Shown: positions 11,507 through 24,654, counted from the whole stretch's first letter. The stretch is DNA of 63,391 nt, filler included, from Octopus bimaculoides (GCF_001194135.2; 6 parts of 4 records of this genome joined end to end with filler, not necessarily neighbours in it), one strand, 5' to 3'. A program made the numbers and translations. The notes: a model not told the origin generated them from the letters alone.

Positions 11507-12634
11507 NNNNNNNNNNNNNNNNNNNNNNNNNNNNNNNNNNNNNNNNNNNNNNNNNNNNNNNNNNNNNNNNNNNNNNNNNNNNNNNNNNNNNNNNNNNNNN
11601 NNNNNNNNNNNNNNNNNNNNNNNNNNNNNNNNNNNNNNNNNNNNNNNNNNNNNNNNNNNNNNNNNNNNNNNNNNNNNNNNNNNNNNNNNNNNNNNNNNNN
11701 NNNNNNNNNNNNNNNNNNNNNNNNNNNNNNNNNNNNNNNNNNNNNNNNNNNNNNNNNNNNNNNNNNNNNNNNNNNNNNNNNNNNNNNNNNNNNNNNNNNN
11801 NNNNNNNNNNNNNNNNNNNNNNNNNNNNNNNNNNNNNNNNNNNNNNNNNNNNNNNNNNNNNNNNNNNNNNNNNNNNNNNNNNNNNNNNNNNNNNNNNNNN
11901 NNNNNNNNNNNNNNNNNNNNNNNNNNNNNNNNNNNNNNNNNNNNNNNNNNNNNNNNNNNNNNNNNNNNNNNNNNNNNNNNNNNNNNNNNNNNNNNNNNNN
12001 NNNNNNNNNNNNNNNNNNNNNNNNNNNNNNNNNNNNNNNNNNNNNNNNNNNNNNNNNNNNNNNNNNNNNNNNNNNNNNNNNNNNNNNNNNNNNNNNNNNN
12101 NNNNNNNNNNNNNNNNNNNNNNNNNNNNNNNNNNNNNNNTATATATATAATCAAAATAAGCAACAAGATATCAAGAAGTGATGCAGAACGACCGTTTCAA
12201 GTGGCTCCATTTAATTGAACAATGCTATCATTACATCAATTTCAATGCAGTGCTATCATCAGCTGCACAAATAGAATTTTTATTAGCTGGACTCACTTCT
12301 TGATATCCTGTTGCTTATTTCGATTTGATTCATCTTACTTCGAGCTGTGCGGATAATACCGGACTGACTCGGTGCTTCAACTTAAGTACCTGATTCAACT
12401 GAATATATATATATATATATATACACAAGAGTTAAGGAGTGGAGTAGATAAGATCCGGGTTACAAATATTTCATCGCGAGCGGAACCTCGGAAGTTGGAA
12501 ATATCCAAGCGAGGTGTATATCGCAGACTACTCTTCAGGCCAAGGATATCTTGATAAAATGATAAAATAAAGTTTACATTGTCGAAAGGAGGTACATGCT
12601 AACACATGGAAAATTCAATTAGAATATGCACTAC

Positions 12635-12665
<31 letters not shown>

Positions 12666-13119
12666 ATTTTATTGGAGCTGAAAGAAACTGAAGGAAACTT
12701 ATATATAGTTTACCCAGCATATTGTATTTTGTTTATAACTTCGTACTGTGTCTCTGTGTTCAAGCCTTGTTCCTATTTATATCTATCTAATTTACCTTAT
12801 TTAACTTTTGCTTTCTCATTTTGTCTATCTGGTTCATATCTTTATTACTCTATTTGCTATCAGCTTTGCCCTTTTCACTTAGCTCCCAGTTATAAAATCT
12901 ATGCCTGATGCTTATAAATATTTTGTTCAACCTAATGTGTAACCATTATGTGATACGTTATCCCCCTCCTTCTCTCTTCTGCTATCATTACTATTTTTCT
13001 CTTTCTCTCTCGTAAAGGTCTTCTGTTGTTTTTTTTTTATCTACTTTTTATTATTCTTTCTATGGTACTCATTCGCCGTTATTTAGATTTTAATTGTATT
13101 CTTCCAAAGCGGAAGAAAT

Positions 13120-13312
13120 GTCCTTCCCGAGCCTTGGGCTCATAAAGCCGGTCTATCGGATTCTGTGGCGTATATATTTCCCCACTGGACAGGACACCGA
13201 TCCATCGCAGGATTACTTATTTTCACCAATTTACTGGAGTAAATTGATATGAAGTACTTTACAGGAATCGAAACCACAATCTTACGATCATGAGTACAAC
13301 ACCCCTAACCAA
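13120..13312 (-). mobile_element. tRNA-derived SINE, family B (partial)
   Basis: GGAATCGAAACCACAATCTTACGATCATGAG...CCCTAACCA head in reverse; body shared with 40270-40505. Confidence 0.7.
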
Positions 13313-14644
13313 GTTTACTGTCACTATCAGGGTCAGAATCTGATGTGTAATTTTCATCTTCAAGTTCTTCCAGAATATCCACCAACTGACGGGCATCACT
13401 TCACCCTCTGTCCACTTCGTCTTCATGATTCCATCTTCCATTGTCCATCCATGTCCTTCATCTGATCTAGGCACTGAAGGCTTGGCAATGTTCGTGAGCT
13501 TCCATATCCTTGTCTGAAAGATGCTTCGCTGAACATGTTGCTCGAGGGCATTTCTACATGGGGGCAGTGAAACGAGATCAAATTGCTTAGATTTTGTGAA
13601 ATCATCCTTCCCACCGCACTTTCCTCGCAAGGTTGTGAACCACAATTTATTCACTTTTTATGTCCTTTTGTTACCTTACAGCACACATGTGAACCTCTCC
13701 AGTCTATTCATCACCTCCTTGTCGACTTCCCGAGACTCCACTATCTTGGAGAGCGCTCTCTCAAATGATTCATCTGTTTCAACGACTTTCAGTCCCATCA
13801 CTTTCCCCTTCCCTTTGAAGGCACTGGTACTATCGCACCCGGTGAAGGCATGATAACCCAGCAATGCAGAACAGAGGACAGGCGTGGAAGACATAGCCAG
13901 CTTGGTCACATTGACAGTGTCGTGTGTTGCCCTTTCCAGATTCAAACAGAATTTGAAGTCCTTCCAGGAATCTTGCATGGTGAAGTAAGATGAAAAATGT
14001 CAGAATCGGGACTCCTCACGCGAACGGGTTTGCATCCCCGTTCTTTGGCATACGTGCTATATAAGATCATACGAGTGTCAGTTTCTTCCTGTGAAGATTC
14101 GAGAGAGTGTATTTATTGACAGACTGTGTTATGTCCATTCACATATCAGTACCATCTCATGTCCAGTGAGAATGTCAGCAGACACCTCACTCCAAGCTGA
14201 GAGCAAATTTCCTTTTGAAAGAAATATACTCTCTCGAGACTACTTCTTTTCAATTTTTTTTACTTCTGGCATTAAAAAGCACATGTAAACCTTCGTTTTA
14301 ATTAATTTTCAATAAAAAAAAACTTATATGGTCTTGGTGATAAATAAAACCTGTGAATGTGAGATACTATACGTAAAAGTCAAAGTTCGTGACCTTTTGA
14401 CTTCTGGTGACCTTTAACAGAATAAATTTGCTTATCATTTGCATAAACTTGTAAATCTTGACCAGACGATCATTTTAAGTGGTAATTTGAAATATTATGA
14501 GTTATGGTGCACCCCCGCCTTGTGATTTACTTTAATGGGTATTTTCAAGTAGCCCTGGGTCTAGCAGTCAGAAAATGATGTTACCAGCAAAGAAACTGGG
14601 ATGGAAGATACCCACCGATGGACTTTTTGACCACACCCACTCTA
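13313..14644 (-). mobile_element. Academ-type (XPG-domain) DNA transposon remnant
   Basis: Minus-strand frames read EETDTRMILY...VRVRSPDSDIF, LLGYHAFTGCDSTSAFKGKGKV, LPPCRNALEQHVQRSIFQTRIWK...GW, the XPG/H3TH region of Academ transposases. Candidate terminus TAGAGTGGGTGTGGTC at 14644. Confidence 0.65.
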
Positions 14645-15203
14645 GCAGACGAAGTGTCCGGTACTGAGGAGTGGCAGAAATAGCCCGAAACCAGGACTGG
14701 TCTACTTGTTCCGTCGCTAGAAGACGGTAGATGTTCGCTCTCCTGCATGCAATTTTATCGCATGCAGCTGCATCGTTAATCAGCTAGAGATGTCTTCTTG
14801 AGCTTAAAAAACTGAGTAGTAGAGTCCGCTCGAACGGACAGCCATGTTAAAGTGGCTACGAATATTACTTGTCAGTACAACTACTGCGTTGATCTCTTAA
14901 AGAGATTTTAGAACCAGCATTCTTGCTTATATATACATATATGTATATGTGTGTGTGTGTGTGTGTGTNNNNNNNNNNNNNNNNNNNNNNNNNNNNNNNN
15001 NNNNNNNNNNNNNNNNNNNNNNNNNNNNNNNNNNNNNNNNNNNNNNNNNNNNNNNNNNNNNNNNNNNNNNNNNNNNNNNNNNNNNNNNNNNNNNNNNNNN
15101 NNNNNNNNNNNNNNNNNNNNNNNNNNNNNNNNNNNNNNNNNNNNNNNNNNNNNNNNNNNNNNNNNNNNNNNNNNNTATATATATATATGTATATATATAT
15201 ATA

Positions 15204-15964
15204 TTAATAATTTAGAGAAGAACCACCATGGTGCAACTCGCACGAAGAAGTAGATCAGACACCATCAAGAAAAGTCTACTATACAAAACTAGTTTAAACA
15301 TCTAAAAATCCAAGTTGATACACATAGTATATATTTCTTTGCTTTGGATAGTACCTCAGTCAACCAAGTCTCCTCGTTAAGTTAAGTGATGTGGCTTTTT
15401 TTCCTTATATTCTTGCACGTTTTTTTCCCCTTTACTAGCTAATCACACTTTCGTTATATATGTTTCCTTTTCCTTATCTACAAATATTACCTCCCCAATT
15501 GACGTTCTATGCCTTAAATTTGACAGATATTTACTGCTATTTGATGTGTTTTATTATAAAACCTTGACAATTTCCTTTGTATTAAATGTTGCTTAAACGG
15601 ATAGATTTTTATACTTTTCTTATTTTATGCATTTTTAAATTTAAGATACGTTTTTTGAAGTTACCGGACTTGAAGAGTGTCCTCATGTTGGGTGGTATCT
15701 ATCTTGTTCGATTCATTGTAGATTGGCCAGATATTTCCCACTGTTATGTGGCCATGAAACGCGCGTAGTATATCTCCCACTTTCGTTTCTTAAACGTACC
15801 GATTTTAATTCTTAGTCCAATATTTCATTGATTTTATATATTATAAATTCTCCCTTGGATTTTTTAGATTTTTAAACTAGTTTTGTATAGTACACTTTTT
15901 TTATGGTGTCTGATCTCCTTCTTCGTGCGAGTTGCACCATAGTGGTTCTTCTCTAAATTATTAA
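15204..15964. mobile_element. PLE-derived fold-back element: 111-bp inverted arms, decayed hammerhead in the spacer
   Basis: 15204-15314 vs 15854-15964, about 92% identical by eye. The arm translates to ...IRHHKKSVLY (similar to PLE CRH..KF.L end). The spacer has TGGCCA...TGGCCATGAAACGCGCGTAG. Confidence 0.7.
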
Positions 15965-16899
15965 AATATTTTTCAATATACAACTCAATTTGATATTATC
16001 AAATTGTATTTCCTTGTAAGTTCGGATTTTATAATTCCCTAGCATTATAATATATATATATATANNNNNNNNNNNNNNNNNNNNNNNNNNNNNNNNNNNN
16101 NNNNNNNNNNNNNNNNNNNNNNNNNNNNNNNNNNNNNNNNNNNNNNNNNNNNNNNNNNNNNNNNNNNNNNNNNNNNNNNNNNNNNNNNNNNNNNNNNNNN
16201 NNNNNNNNNNNNNNNNNNNNNNNNNNNNNNNNNNNNNNNNNNNNNNNNNNNNNNNNNNNNNNNNNNNNNNNNNNNNNNNNNNNNNNNNNNNNNNNNNNNN
16301 NNNNNNNNNNNNNNNNNNNNNNNNNNNNNNNNNNNNNNNNNNNNNNNNNNNNNNNNNNNNNNNNNNNNNNNNNNNNNNNNNNNNNNNNNNNNNNNNNNNN
16401 NNNNNNNNNNNNNNNNNNNNNNNNNNNNNNNNNNNNNNNNNNNNNNNNNNNGGTCTGTGGGGGTGGTCTGTGTGTGTATCTGTCTGTGTGCGCGCGCTTG
16501 GTTAATGATTAATTTTCAAACGAATTATATCAGAGTGAATAGAGAAAAATGAAGAAGGTTTCAAGATATAGAAATATAACCATTAAAACCATTATAAGAT
16601 AAGGGGAACATGGAGTCGATAAAGTTTATATTTTAGCATAAATCATATTTTAAAAGCAGAGGACAGCTAATTAAATGTACAATGAGAAGGTAATTAAACG
16701 AGCTATTTCTGTTGAACAGCATGGAATTCAAAAAATTCAGAACCAAATATTACAATAAGTCTCCAGAGTATTTTGTATTTGTATCGCAAAATTCTTAACC
16801 TGAAATTATGTGTTGAAATAGATATTTTTGTAGCTTGAAATAGTCAGTCTTTTTGCTAATATACACATGTGCATTGATTCTATTTCACTTATTTTTATT

Positions 16900-17420
16900 A
16901 TTGTAATCAACAAGTTGACTTATTAACTAATTGAATGCTTCATTAATCATTCGATCAGTTGATCAATTAGTTTGTCAAAGCCCATTCATCGTCATTCGCA
17001 ACCTCATCAATGATGTGCCTTGATTACTCTAGGTGTGAAACTTTGGATACAAATTCCACGCTGTGTTCCATATTAGGATAATTTTTCATGAGTTCCTAGA
17101 TTTATTTCTATTCGTAGTCCTTCTTGTAGCTCATGCAGTAATCGGTGAGAACTGTCCGTCAATATCAGACTCGCTTTTATCATTTGAAATATTGGTGCTG
17201 TCAACTAAATCTTCTTCATTTAACTCCTGTTCCTCAAGCAATACCTCAGTTTTTACTTCAAGTAAATCAACCAATCTTTAATTTTGAATTGAACAGGTGA
17301 AATTAATCTTGTCTGTGTTTAGTTGTTTTCTGGTTCCAGCATCACAATCATTCAGAATTTAGACAAAATGGCCTCCCAACATGCTGTAAGATAAAATTTC
17401 TCTAATGAATTGCTGTTGCG
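16900..17420 (-). mobile_element. Degraded Tigger/pogo transposase C-terminus
   Basis: Patches DLLEVKTEVLLEEQELNEEDL..., LQEGL and (D)PNMEHSVEF resemble the Tigger C-terminal acidic region and DP..ER motif. Confidence 0.35.
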
Positions 17421-20400
17421 ATTATCTTCGCAAAATGAAGTATTCTTCATTGTGTGAATATAATTGCAACAGTTAATTAAATTTTTCTTTATCTCTGAAA
17501 GAGTAAGCTAATTTTCTCCCGTATCAACCAGTATTTTTCATAGTAAATTTTTAACATTATTTTGTTCCAAAATAACAAAGTGATATACAACTTGATATTA
17601 TAGTTGTATAAATAGTGTACCAATATCAGGTGGTGTTAAAAACAGAGCCATAAAGTTAGAGTGTTCTAAATCACGGATGTGATAGTGTGTTATCAATTAA
17701 TAGTGAAATGTTGAAGTCTATATTTTTTCCTTTTCTATAAATTTCAACATCAGGAAGTTTTGATAGACCACTTTAGAACATTGCAACAGTCATCCATGTT
17801 CTTTTTATTTGCACGCCAGTGAACAGAAAGGGGAACATTTTTTTTCAACCTTCTCATTAAGAAGCTCATTAATTAATAGTGGCTACGAGAAAGAGATATC
17901 GGATCTAGTTTAAATTGATTCACAAAATCATCCCCCATTAATTTTGCTCAGATTGCTTTCAATTTTGGTGTATAGATGCAACTCTGAATTTTGATTACGA
18001 TCAGCCATAGAGGTTTAAAGTTTGATCCTCTCTGCTGACTGGGTGGAAATGATTAAACTTTAAACCTCTATAACTTTTTAAAAACATTTTTCTGGAAAAA
18101 ATGAAATAACTCCAGCAATTCAGTTTGGGCAAGTGTATTATTGAGCCAACGTCGGAGTAACCAGTAAACATCAAAGGATCAACACCAAGAAGGAAGAATT
18201 GCCCGACAGGTAGCTAGAGGACGGAGAAGTTGCTGTCTGCCAGTAGAGAAGGAAAGAGTAAGGGATACACAGTGCTGACTAGAAAGGAAAAAAAAAGATA
18301 AAGGTGGCTCTGCTCTAATTGGCTGTATGCAAATGAGTTCATTACTGGGGTCTGGAACTCTCGTGAGAAAAATTTCGCGTGTCGCACGTTGTACTGTATT
18401 GATTCTTCGCACCACGGGATTCATTTTTCTGTGAACTTAGTACAGATAATTTGTCATTATTTTTGAATTCTGCATGCAAAAACATATAAGATACAGGTAT
18501 TCTTTTTCTTGGGACAAATTCTTTGTTGACCAGTGTTATTCTTGTAGTTTACACATCCAAACATGAAAGCGTTACTCAACTTTGGAGTTTTGGGAGACAG
18601 ACATCGCCTTTTCACACACACACATGCACACACATACATACATACATACCTCTACCTCTCTCTCTTCTCTTCCCATGTGACATACATACCTCTACCCCTC
18701 TCTCTCTTCTCTTCCCACGTGACCGGCGTTCGGCTAAGCCTGATCTTTCTTTCTTGGCCGGCCGTTGTGCATGCAACATCGATATTCCTCCCTGTGCCTG
18801 TGAAAACTTGTATCTCTGCCATAAGGCTTTATTTCCCCACACGTCAGTTTAATTTAATTCGACCTTAGTCAAAAGACACCTGTTGTTATGTCCTTGAATT
18901 AGAAAACTTTGATCAAAGACATTCTAGCCTTGACCATCACATCTTTTTAGGTATATCATACACTACATTGTCTAATACGTTCTTTCCAGTTTTAACATGA
19001 TTAGGATTTGAGGGCATTTAGCTACTATTTCCAGCAGGTCTTCTGACCATGTCAAAACATCTGTGCTGGCTCATAGTCATTTTTTCATCTAAGAAAAGGA
19101 AATATCTTCTTATATAATATTTAATCATTCCTTCTAAATTAATTTCTAACACAGACTAACTTGTAAGATCCTGAGCTGAAACACACAGCTCAAGATCAAG
19201 AGACTGGTTCAACTTCATGTTAGTACCCAAAATATCACTTCATTATTTGGATTCTTAAAGTAAATTTTAGTTGTAATTTAGTTCAAATAATGAAAGGAAT
19301 ACAATCTTTGACAGCTTGAGAATATACACTGGATAATAATTTTCATCACTTCTCAAAATGCTCAAGAATCCTTAACTTTTAAAAGGAAGAACATGTAAGT
19401 TGTGGCATATCTGATTTCCTCTTTACTTAACAGTCTAAGGGAAGTGGAATCACTTTGATTATGGATTAAATTCACAAAGTAGTTTCAGTTTGCTGGGAGC
19501 TCACCTATATTGTGCCAGTCAGGCAATATCAAGAGAGCTGCTTGTCGCTTCCTGGTGCTTACAAAATGAAGGACACATTCAATAATGTAGATATATAATG
19601 TCAGAAATATGATAGGATGATCTCTGTTGGAACATCTTTGATCATAAGTTTTCTCACTCAGGATAGACCAGGGGCTAAACATGAGCTAATTTACCTAAAC
19701 TGAATACAAGTTTGTTGTTTTTTTGTTGTTGTTTTTGTGTGTTTCAAGTTGATATTGTTTTGAGTTCAATATATTACTGGTAATTATTTTGTCAATCCAA
19801 GAGTTGAAAGTCAGACACTTCCAGTGAAATCTGAACTTGACACAGTAAAATATCAAACTACATAAAATACAGTATCCAATCCAACATTCTTATAGAAACA
19901 TAAAACCTGAAATATTTAAAGAAGAAGAAATAGAAAGTTATTGTTATCATGTCATTGGTTTAAATAACATCAAGTTGGAATTATAGTCAAATCTTGATAC
20001 CTGTTTGGTAGCTTCTTCTTTTATGTAGCTAATATCTACCAAAAAGAATTTTGCAATTCCCTACATCCTTGATTCTCTAAATCTAAGGTTTCCCATCTAT
20101 TTAATAAATGTTTATATTCCCGTATAGAATTTACATTATTTACTTTTGAGTCTTAGATTTAAATTTTCAGCAAATTTACTCAAATGGAGCATTTGTATTT
20201 CGCTATAGCATTTCCAAAAGCCTATTTTCCATATTATTTCAATGGTGTTAAAGAAATTCTTTCAGGTTTTTTTTGTTTTGATATTTTTCATAGGTGGCCC
20301 GGTGATTTTTTTCTCCACTGTACTGATGAAGCAGTAATTCATGAATAATTTTTGGAGTGATGGAAAAGAATCTCAAAACCAAATCAAGATTTTCCAGAAA

Positions 20401-21832
20401 TTCAGGCAAACATTCTCTTTCTGTTAAACTAATCTTTCAGATGACTGAATTAGAGAGAATTACAATTACCTAAACTGTTGCACCAAACTATCATTGAACT
20501 AAAGTCTCAATGACTGAACTCGTAATCCATACATTTGAATCAAACATTTTCATACCTCAAATAGACAGATAAATTTGTATATTACAAACAAAATATACAA
20601 CAAACTCCTAATCAAAGAAGTGCATCAACAGAGAAAAGAAAAGTTCAAACTATTAAACCATATATCTTCAATGAAATATTTTTATGATGGCAGTAACCTA
20701 GCATGGTCATAGATCACTAGCCAAGGCCAGCAAAAGAGTGAATTTGATCAGATAACAATTTTTATTTCATCTGATCAATTTCAGAAATCAGCCATGATCA
20801 TTTGTGCTGAAACGAAAAACTTAGACAACAAAGCTACATGTCTCTTCACCAAGCACCAAAAAAAATATATATTTGAGAGACAAATCCACAATGTGCTTTC
20901 GCTTTTTGCTTTGCCTTTCATGTATGTCAATGCTTTTAGGAAAAATATGAACAGCACAGCTTTCCATTTCTTATCCCCCTTAAAAAAAAAGAAAATGGTT
21001 TTGTAGAATAAAAAGTTTTCACAGCAACAAACAAGCTGAATAAAACATTTTGACTCACACCATCGCATTCATGACAAATTATTTTTTCTTCAATGAATTT
21101 AAAGACTGTCTTTTTAGATATTTCTTGATTGGAAAATTTATCTACTTTTACAAACTAATTGTGAAATATCAAAACTTTGGTGATTAAAGACTGATTTATT
21201 TTCATTATTTGTGGCTGAAGTTTTATTTCTTTATTGTAGCCATCTCACATCGCTTAACTCTCACATGTCTTACACACAAAAAAAAGATCAACATTACATA
21301 GTCACATTTCCCTCAGCAGTGTGAAACCACATACATTAAGATACACTGAGTGATCCAATTCAGTAGGGTTTTTTTGTCCACCCCTCTTCACAATATAAAT
21401 AGCTAGTGTACAATATTTCCAGCCATAATAAATTAAACAGCAGCAGAATATGTACAGCAAAAGGAAAATATTCCCAATGGAACATGATAAATTTTATGTC
21501 TAAAAAAGTGAATACTAAGAAGATAAGATATTGAACAAACAATAATTGGTCAATAGTTCATATACTGTTGTTAACTTGGAATTGCATCAACAGCCAAGTT
21601 CATTTAGATACCACAGAACGGTATAGTTCACAAATGTATGCAATTGGAGCACTGTAAAGCTAATAGGTGTTTCATTAAGTTGCGGAACTAAGTTCAATAG
21701 GGTTAAGAACCAACCACTAGTATCACCACAACCAGGTGTGTAATAAAGAAATTTTTTTGTTTGAATTCAAAAGCTCAATGGGTGCATCAACCATTGTACA
21801 ATATTCCAAGTCAAGATTAACAAACTCCTGTT

Positions 21833-22420
21833 GTCCCAGACCAACTACCAGTAAATATATTGGTATCATGATGTATTTGTAGCCTCTATAAACATAGTGT
21901 AACAAACAAAACTCTTATCTTTCAGAGCCCTAAATTCAAATGGACACAAAAGCTTATTCAAGTGTCTTCTTCATAGAAAATTATCTCAATGCTTTATTTT
22001 CAGCAGTGATTCCCCTATCAATGTATCACAAGAGGTATCTATGTTGCAGGTTTTTATTAAAATAATTGAAAATTTTAGAAAATCCATCAGTGTGATCAAT
22101 AAAATAAGGTAAACAATAGTTTTCTATAGTAGTAGTGATCTTTAAAGAATTACCAAGGGACATCCATGATCTGAGACTTATTTTGTGCAAGATGTGTTAT
22201 GGGGATCGAAAAATGTAAGTATTCACAAGATTTAAAAACTTGGATGATTCATGATAAATGTAACTATGATAGTTTGGACATGTTATATGATGCCATGGGC
22301 CTGTAACTCATTGGTGAAGCTGTACAAGTGATTTCAAGAAATAGAGCATGTCTTGAACATTTTACACTTGATGGAGCCTATACCTCTCCAGATTTGACTT
22401 CAGTCAATTTCTTCCAGAAG
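21833..22420 (+). pseudogene. Possible decayed F-box/LRR retro-pseudogene
   Basis: DQLPVNILVS* (F-box-like start) and IEKCKYSQDLK...L*LIGEAVQVISRNRACLEHFTLDGAY (LRR-like), with stops and frameshifts. Weak. Confidence 0.25.
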
Positions 22421-22802
22421 GAAAAGAGAGAAAGAGTTAGATAAGAAAGAGTTAGTACAGAACTGCTATTTTATTTATCAGCCTAAAAGGATGAAAAGCA
22501 AAGTTGATTTTGGCAAGATTAGAGCTCAGAATGGAGAGAGCCAGAGTGATTACAGAAAAGCAATCCGTTCAATGTTCTGCTGTCTCTGCTGATCAACCAC
22601 CTAGACTGGACATATGGACATAAAATCTATAAATATATTGGATAACAATAACCAGATCAGTACTACTACAGATAGATAAATATAGTGAAAATAGTGGAAC
22701 AGATAGGAAATAAAGTTTGCAGAAAAATGAACAAAGAATAACTGTAATGATTTCTAATAGTGCACAAGGTTACAGCAGGGATGACTAAAATTAATGTAAT
22801 TG

Positions 22803-23131
22803 AGCATGGCACTTGTGCCGGTGGCACGTGTGAAGACATTCGAGCGAGATCATTGCCAGTGCCGCTGGACTGGCTCCTGTGCAGGTGGCATGTAAAATAC
22901 ACCATTTTGAGCGTGGCCGTTGCCAGTACCGCCTGACTGGCCTTCGTGCCAGTGGCACGTAAAAGTACCCACTATACTCTTGGAGTGGTTGGCATTAAGA
23001 AGGGCATCCAGCTGTAGAAACTCTGCCAAATCAGACTGGAGCCTGGTGTAGCCATCTAGTTCATCAGTCCTCAGTCAAATCGTCCAACCCATGCTAGCAT
23101 GGAAAGCAGACGTTAAACGATGATGATGATG
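22803..23131 (+). mobile_element. SINE family D with RTE-like (GAT)n tail
   Basis: Ends ACCCATGCTAGCATGGAAAGCAGACGTTAAACGATGATGATG; reverse-oriented homolog at 58190-58500. Confidence 0.8.
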
Positions 23132-23787
23132 ACAAGAATTTCATCGGTACATATTCAGACCAATGCTAGTTGGTTCAAATATCATGCAAGTTGTAAAATA
23201 GATCCAATATTGGTCAATCAACTAAATAAATCTGGTCACCAATTATTATTAAACAACTATTTTAATGTTGACTGTGAACTTCATTAACATTTAAATTAAC
23301 AATAAAGAGTTTTTGTCAAAATAGTCTGAGAGATTTTAGAGAATGACAGAACACAGAACTCATAGAAAATGTCTATCCTGATCAAATGTAGATTCCAGAT
23401 CAAATTCACAAAGATTTGCTCCACTGTAAACACTGAATATACATAATTAGGTTTGATTCAACACCTTCTGCTCCAAATGAAGTCTCATTAAGTTTCGTCA
23501 CCATCTTGTCATCACTGTCGCCACCTCCACCATCATCATAACATGATTTCAGTTCAGGTTAAAACATAACAGATTTATTCTATGACAGATTATTTGCTTC
23601 TCTTAATTGTTCCAACAGTTACTACTACTACAACCAGACATCTGTTTCAACACAACTAACTATATTCAACAACGACAACAAATTTTTCATATAAGTTTAT
23701 TGCCTATTTGTTTGTTACACAAAGCAATTTCCCAACAAACCTACAAAAGTTAATATACAAAACAAGAGCAACTTTATGGAAGTGGAA

Positions 23788-23916
23788 CTAATCACTGCCA
23801 TCATAGAATTTGGATAGAAAATCTGCAGGTCGAGGGTTCTCAGAATCCCTGAAATATTTCATAATATGATGTCTCTGTTTCCAAACTTCCATGGTCTCCA
23901 CCAACTCCATTTGACC
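23788..23916 (-). CDS. Probable terminal coding exon of an unidentified gene ([42 protein letters not shown])
   Basis: Branch-like CTAAC and pyrimidine tract (TAACTTTGTCTTGTTCATTCCAG) directly before a phase-0, 42-codon frame with natural composition ending TAG at 23788-23790; followed by several kb of mostly unique sequence. Confidence 0.5.
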   Translation of the reverse strand, partial: GQMELVETMEVWKQRHHIMKYFRDSENPRPADFLSKFYDGSD

Positions 23917-24345
23917 CTGGAATGAACAAGACAAAGTTAGTTATCTTCGATAATTTACAGGACATATAAAAAAAATATTGTTTGTTATTACTGGGAATGT
24001 ATTTTACACCATTATATATTATTTTACCTTTATAATAATCATTAGACATAATCTGCCACAAGTAGTATTTGAACACATAACCAGTGAGTTTATCATTGTG
24101 CATAATTTTCAACTTCTCTGGAAATATAAATTTAAGTAACAGAATAAGGATAAGCAAGCAGTGAGCTGTTTGAAGCTAATTCACTTTACTTACATGCGAC
24201 TGTTGTTTAACTCAGGTCATCTCTGAGTGAGCATGCCTATGAGCAAAGACAGTTCATCTGTCACCACCCTAATTATATTACCCAGTGTATCTTTCTTTAC
24301 TTAAGATAGTATAGTGCAATTTGAGGGAGATTTAACAGCTACTTC

Positions 24346-24554
24346 TTATTTCTTTATTGCCCACAAGGGGCTAAACATAGAGGGGACAAACAAGGACAGA
24401 CAAAGGGTTTAAGTCGATTAGATCGACCCCAGTGCATAGCTGGTACTTAATTTATCGACCCCGAAAGGATGAAAGGCAAAGTCGACCTCGGCGGAATTTG
24501 AACTCAGAATGTTGAGGCAGACGAAATACCGCTAAGCATTTCGCCAGGCGTGCT
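24346..24554 (-). mobile_element. SINE family A (head cut by gap)
   Basis: Reverse complement of the family A body. Confidence 0.85.
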
Positions 24555-24654
24555 NNNNNNNNNNNNNNNNNNNNNNNNNNNNNNNNNNNNNNNNNNNNTT
24601 AATTAATTAANNNNNNNNNNNNNNNNNNNNNNNNNNNNNNNNNNNNNNNNNNNN
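24555..24654. other. Assembly spacer N44-TTAATTAATTAA-N44 (also near 43660, 53457, 58545, 61897)
   Basis: The same 12-mer sits between runs of Ns each time and has stop codons in all six frames. Confidence 0.95.

Noticed and set aside
12170-12270. Hammerhead on the minus strand (CUGAUGA at about 12257-12263, GAAACGGUC at about 12190)
   Set aside because: No convincing stem II and stem I is out of register; the CUGAUGA hits near 20324, 27793 and 60270 likewise lack paired stems.
23840-24157. 105-aa track ORF as a gene
   Set aside because: Starts in AT-rich intron-like sequence; the plausible coding frame after the acceptor is a different one.
24599-24610. Recurrent TTAATTAATTAA motif at five sites
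   Set aside because: Always centred between runs of Ns and stops all six frames; an artificial scaffold linker, not biology.
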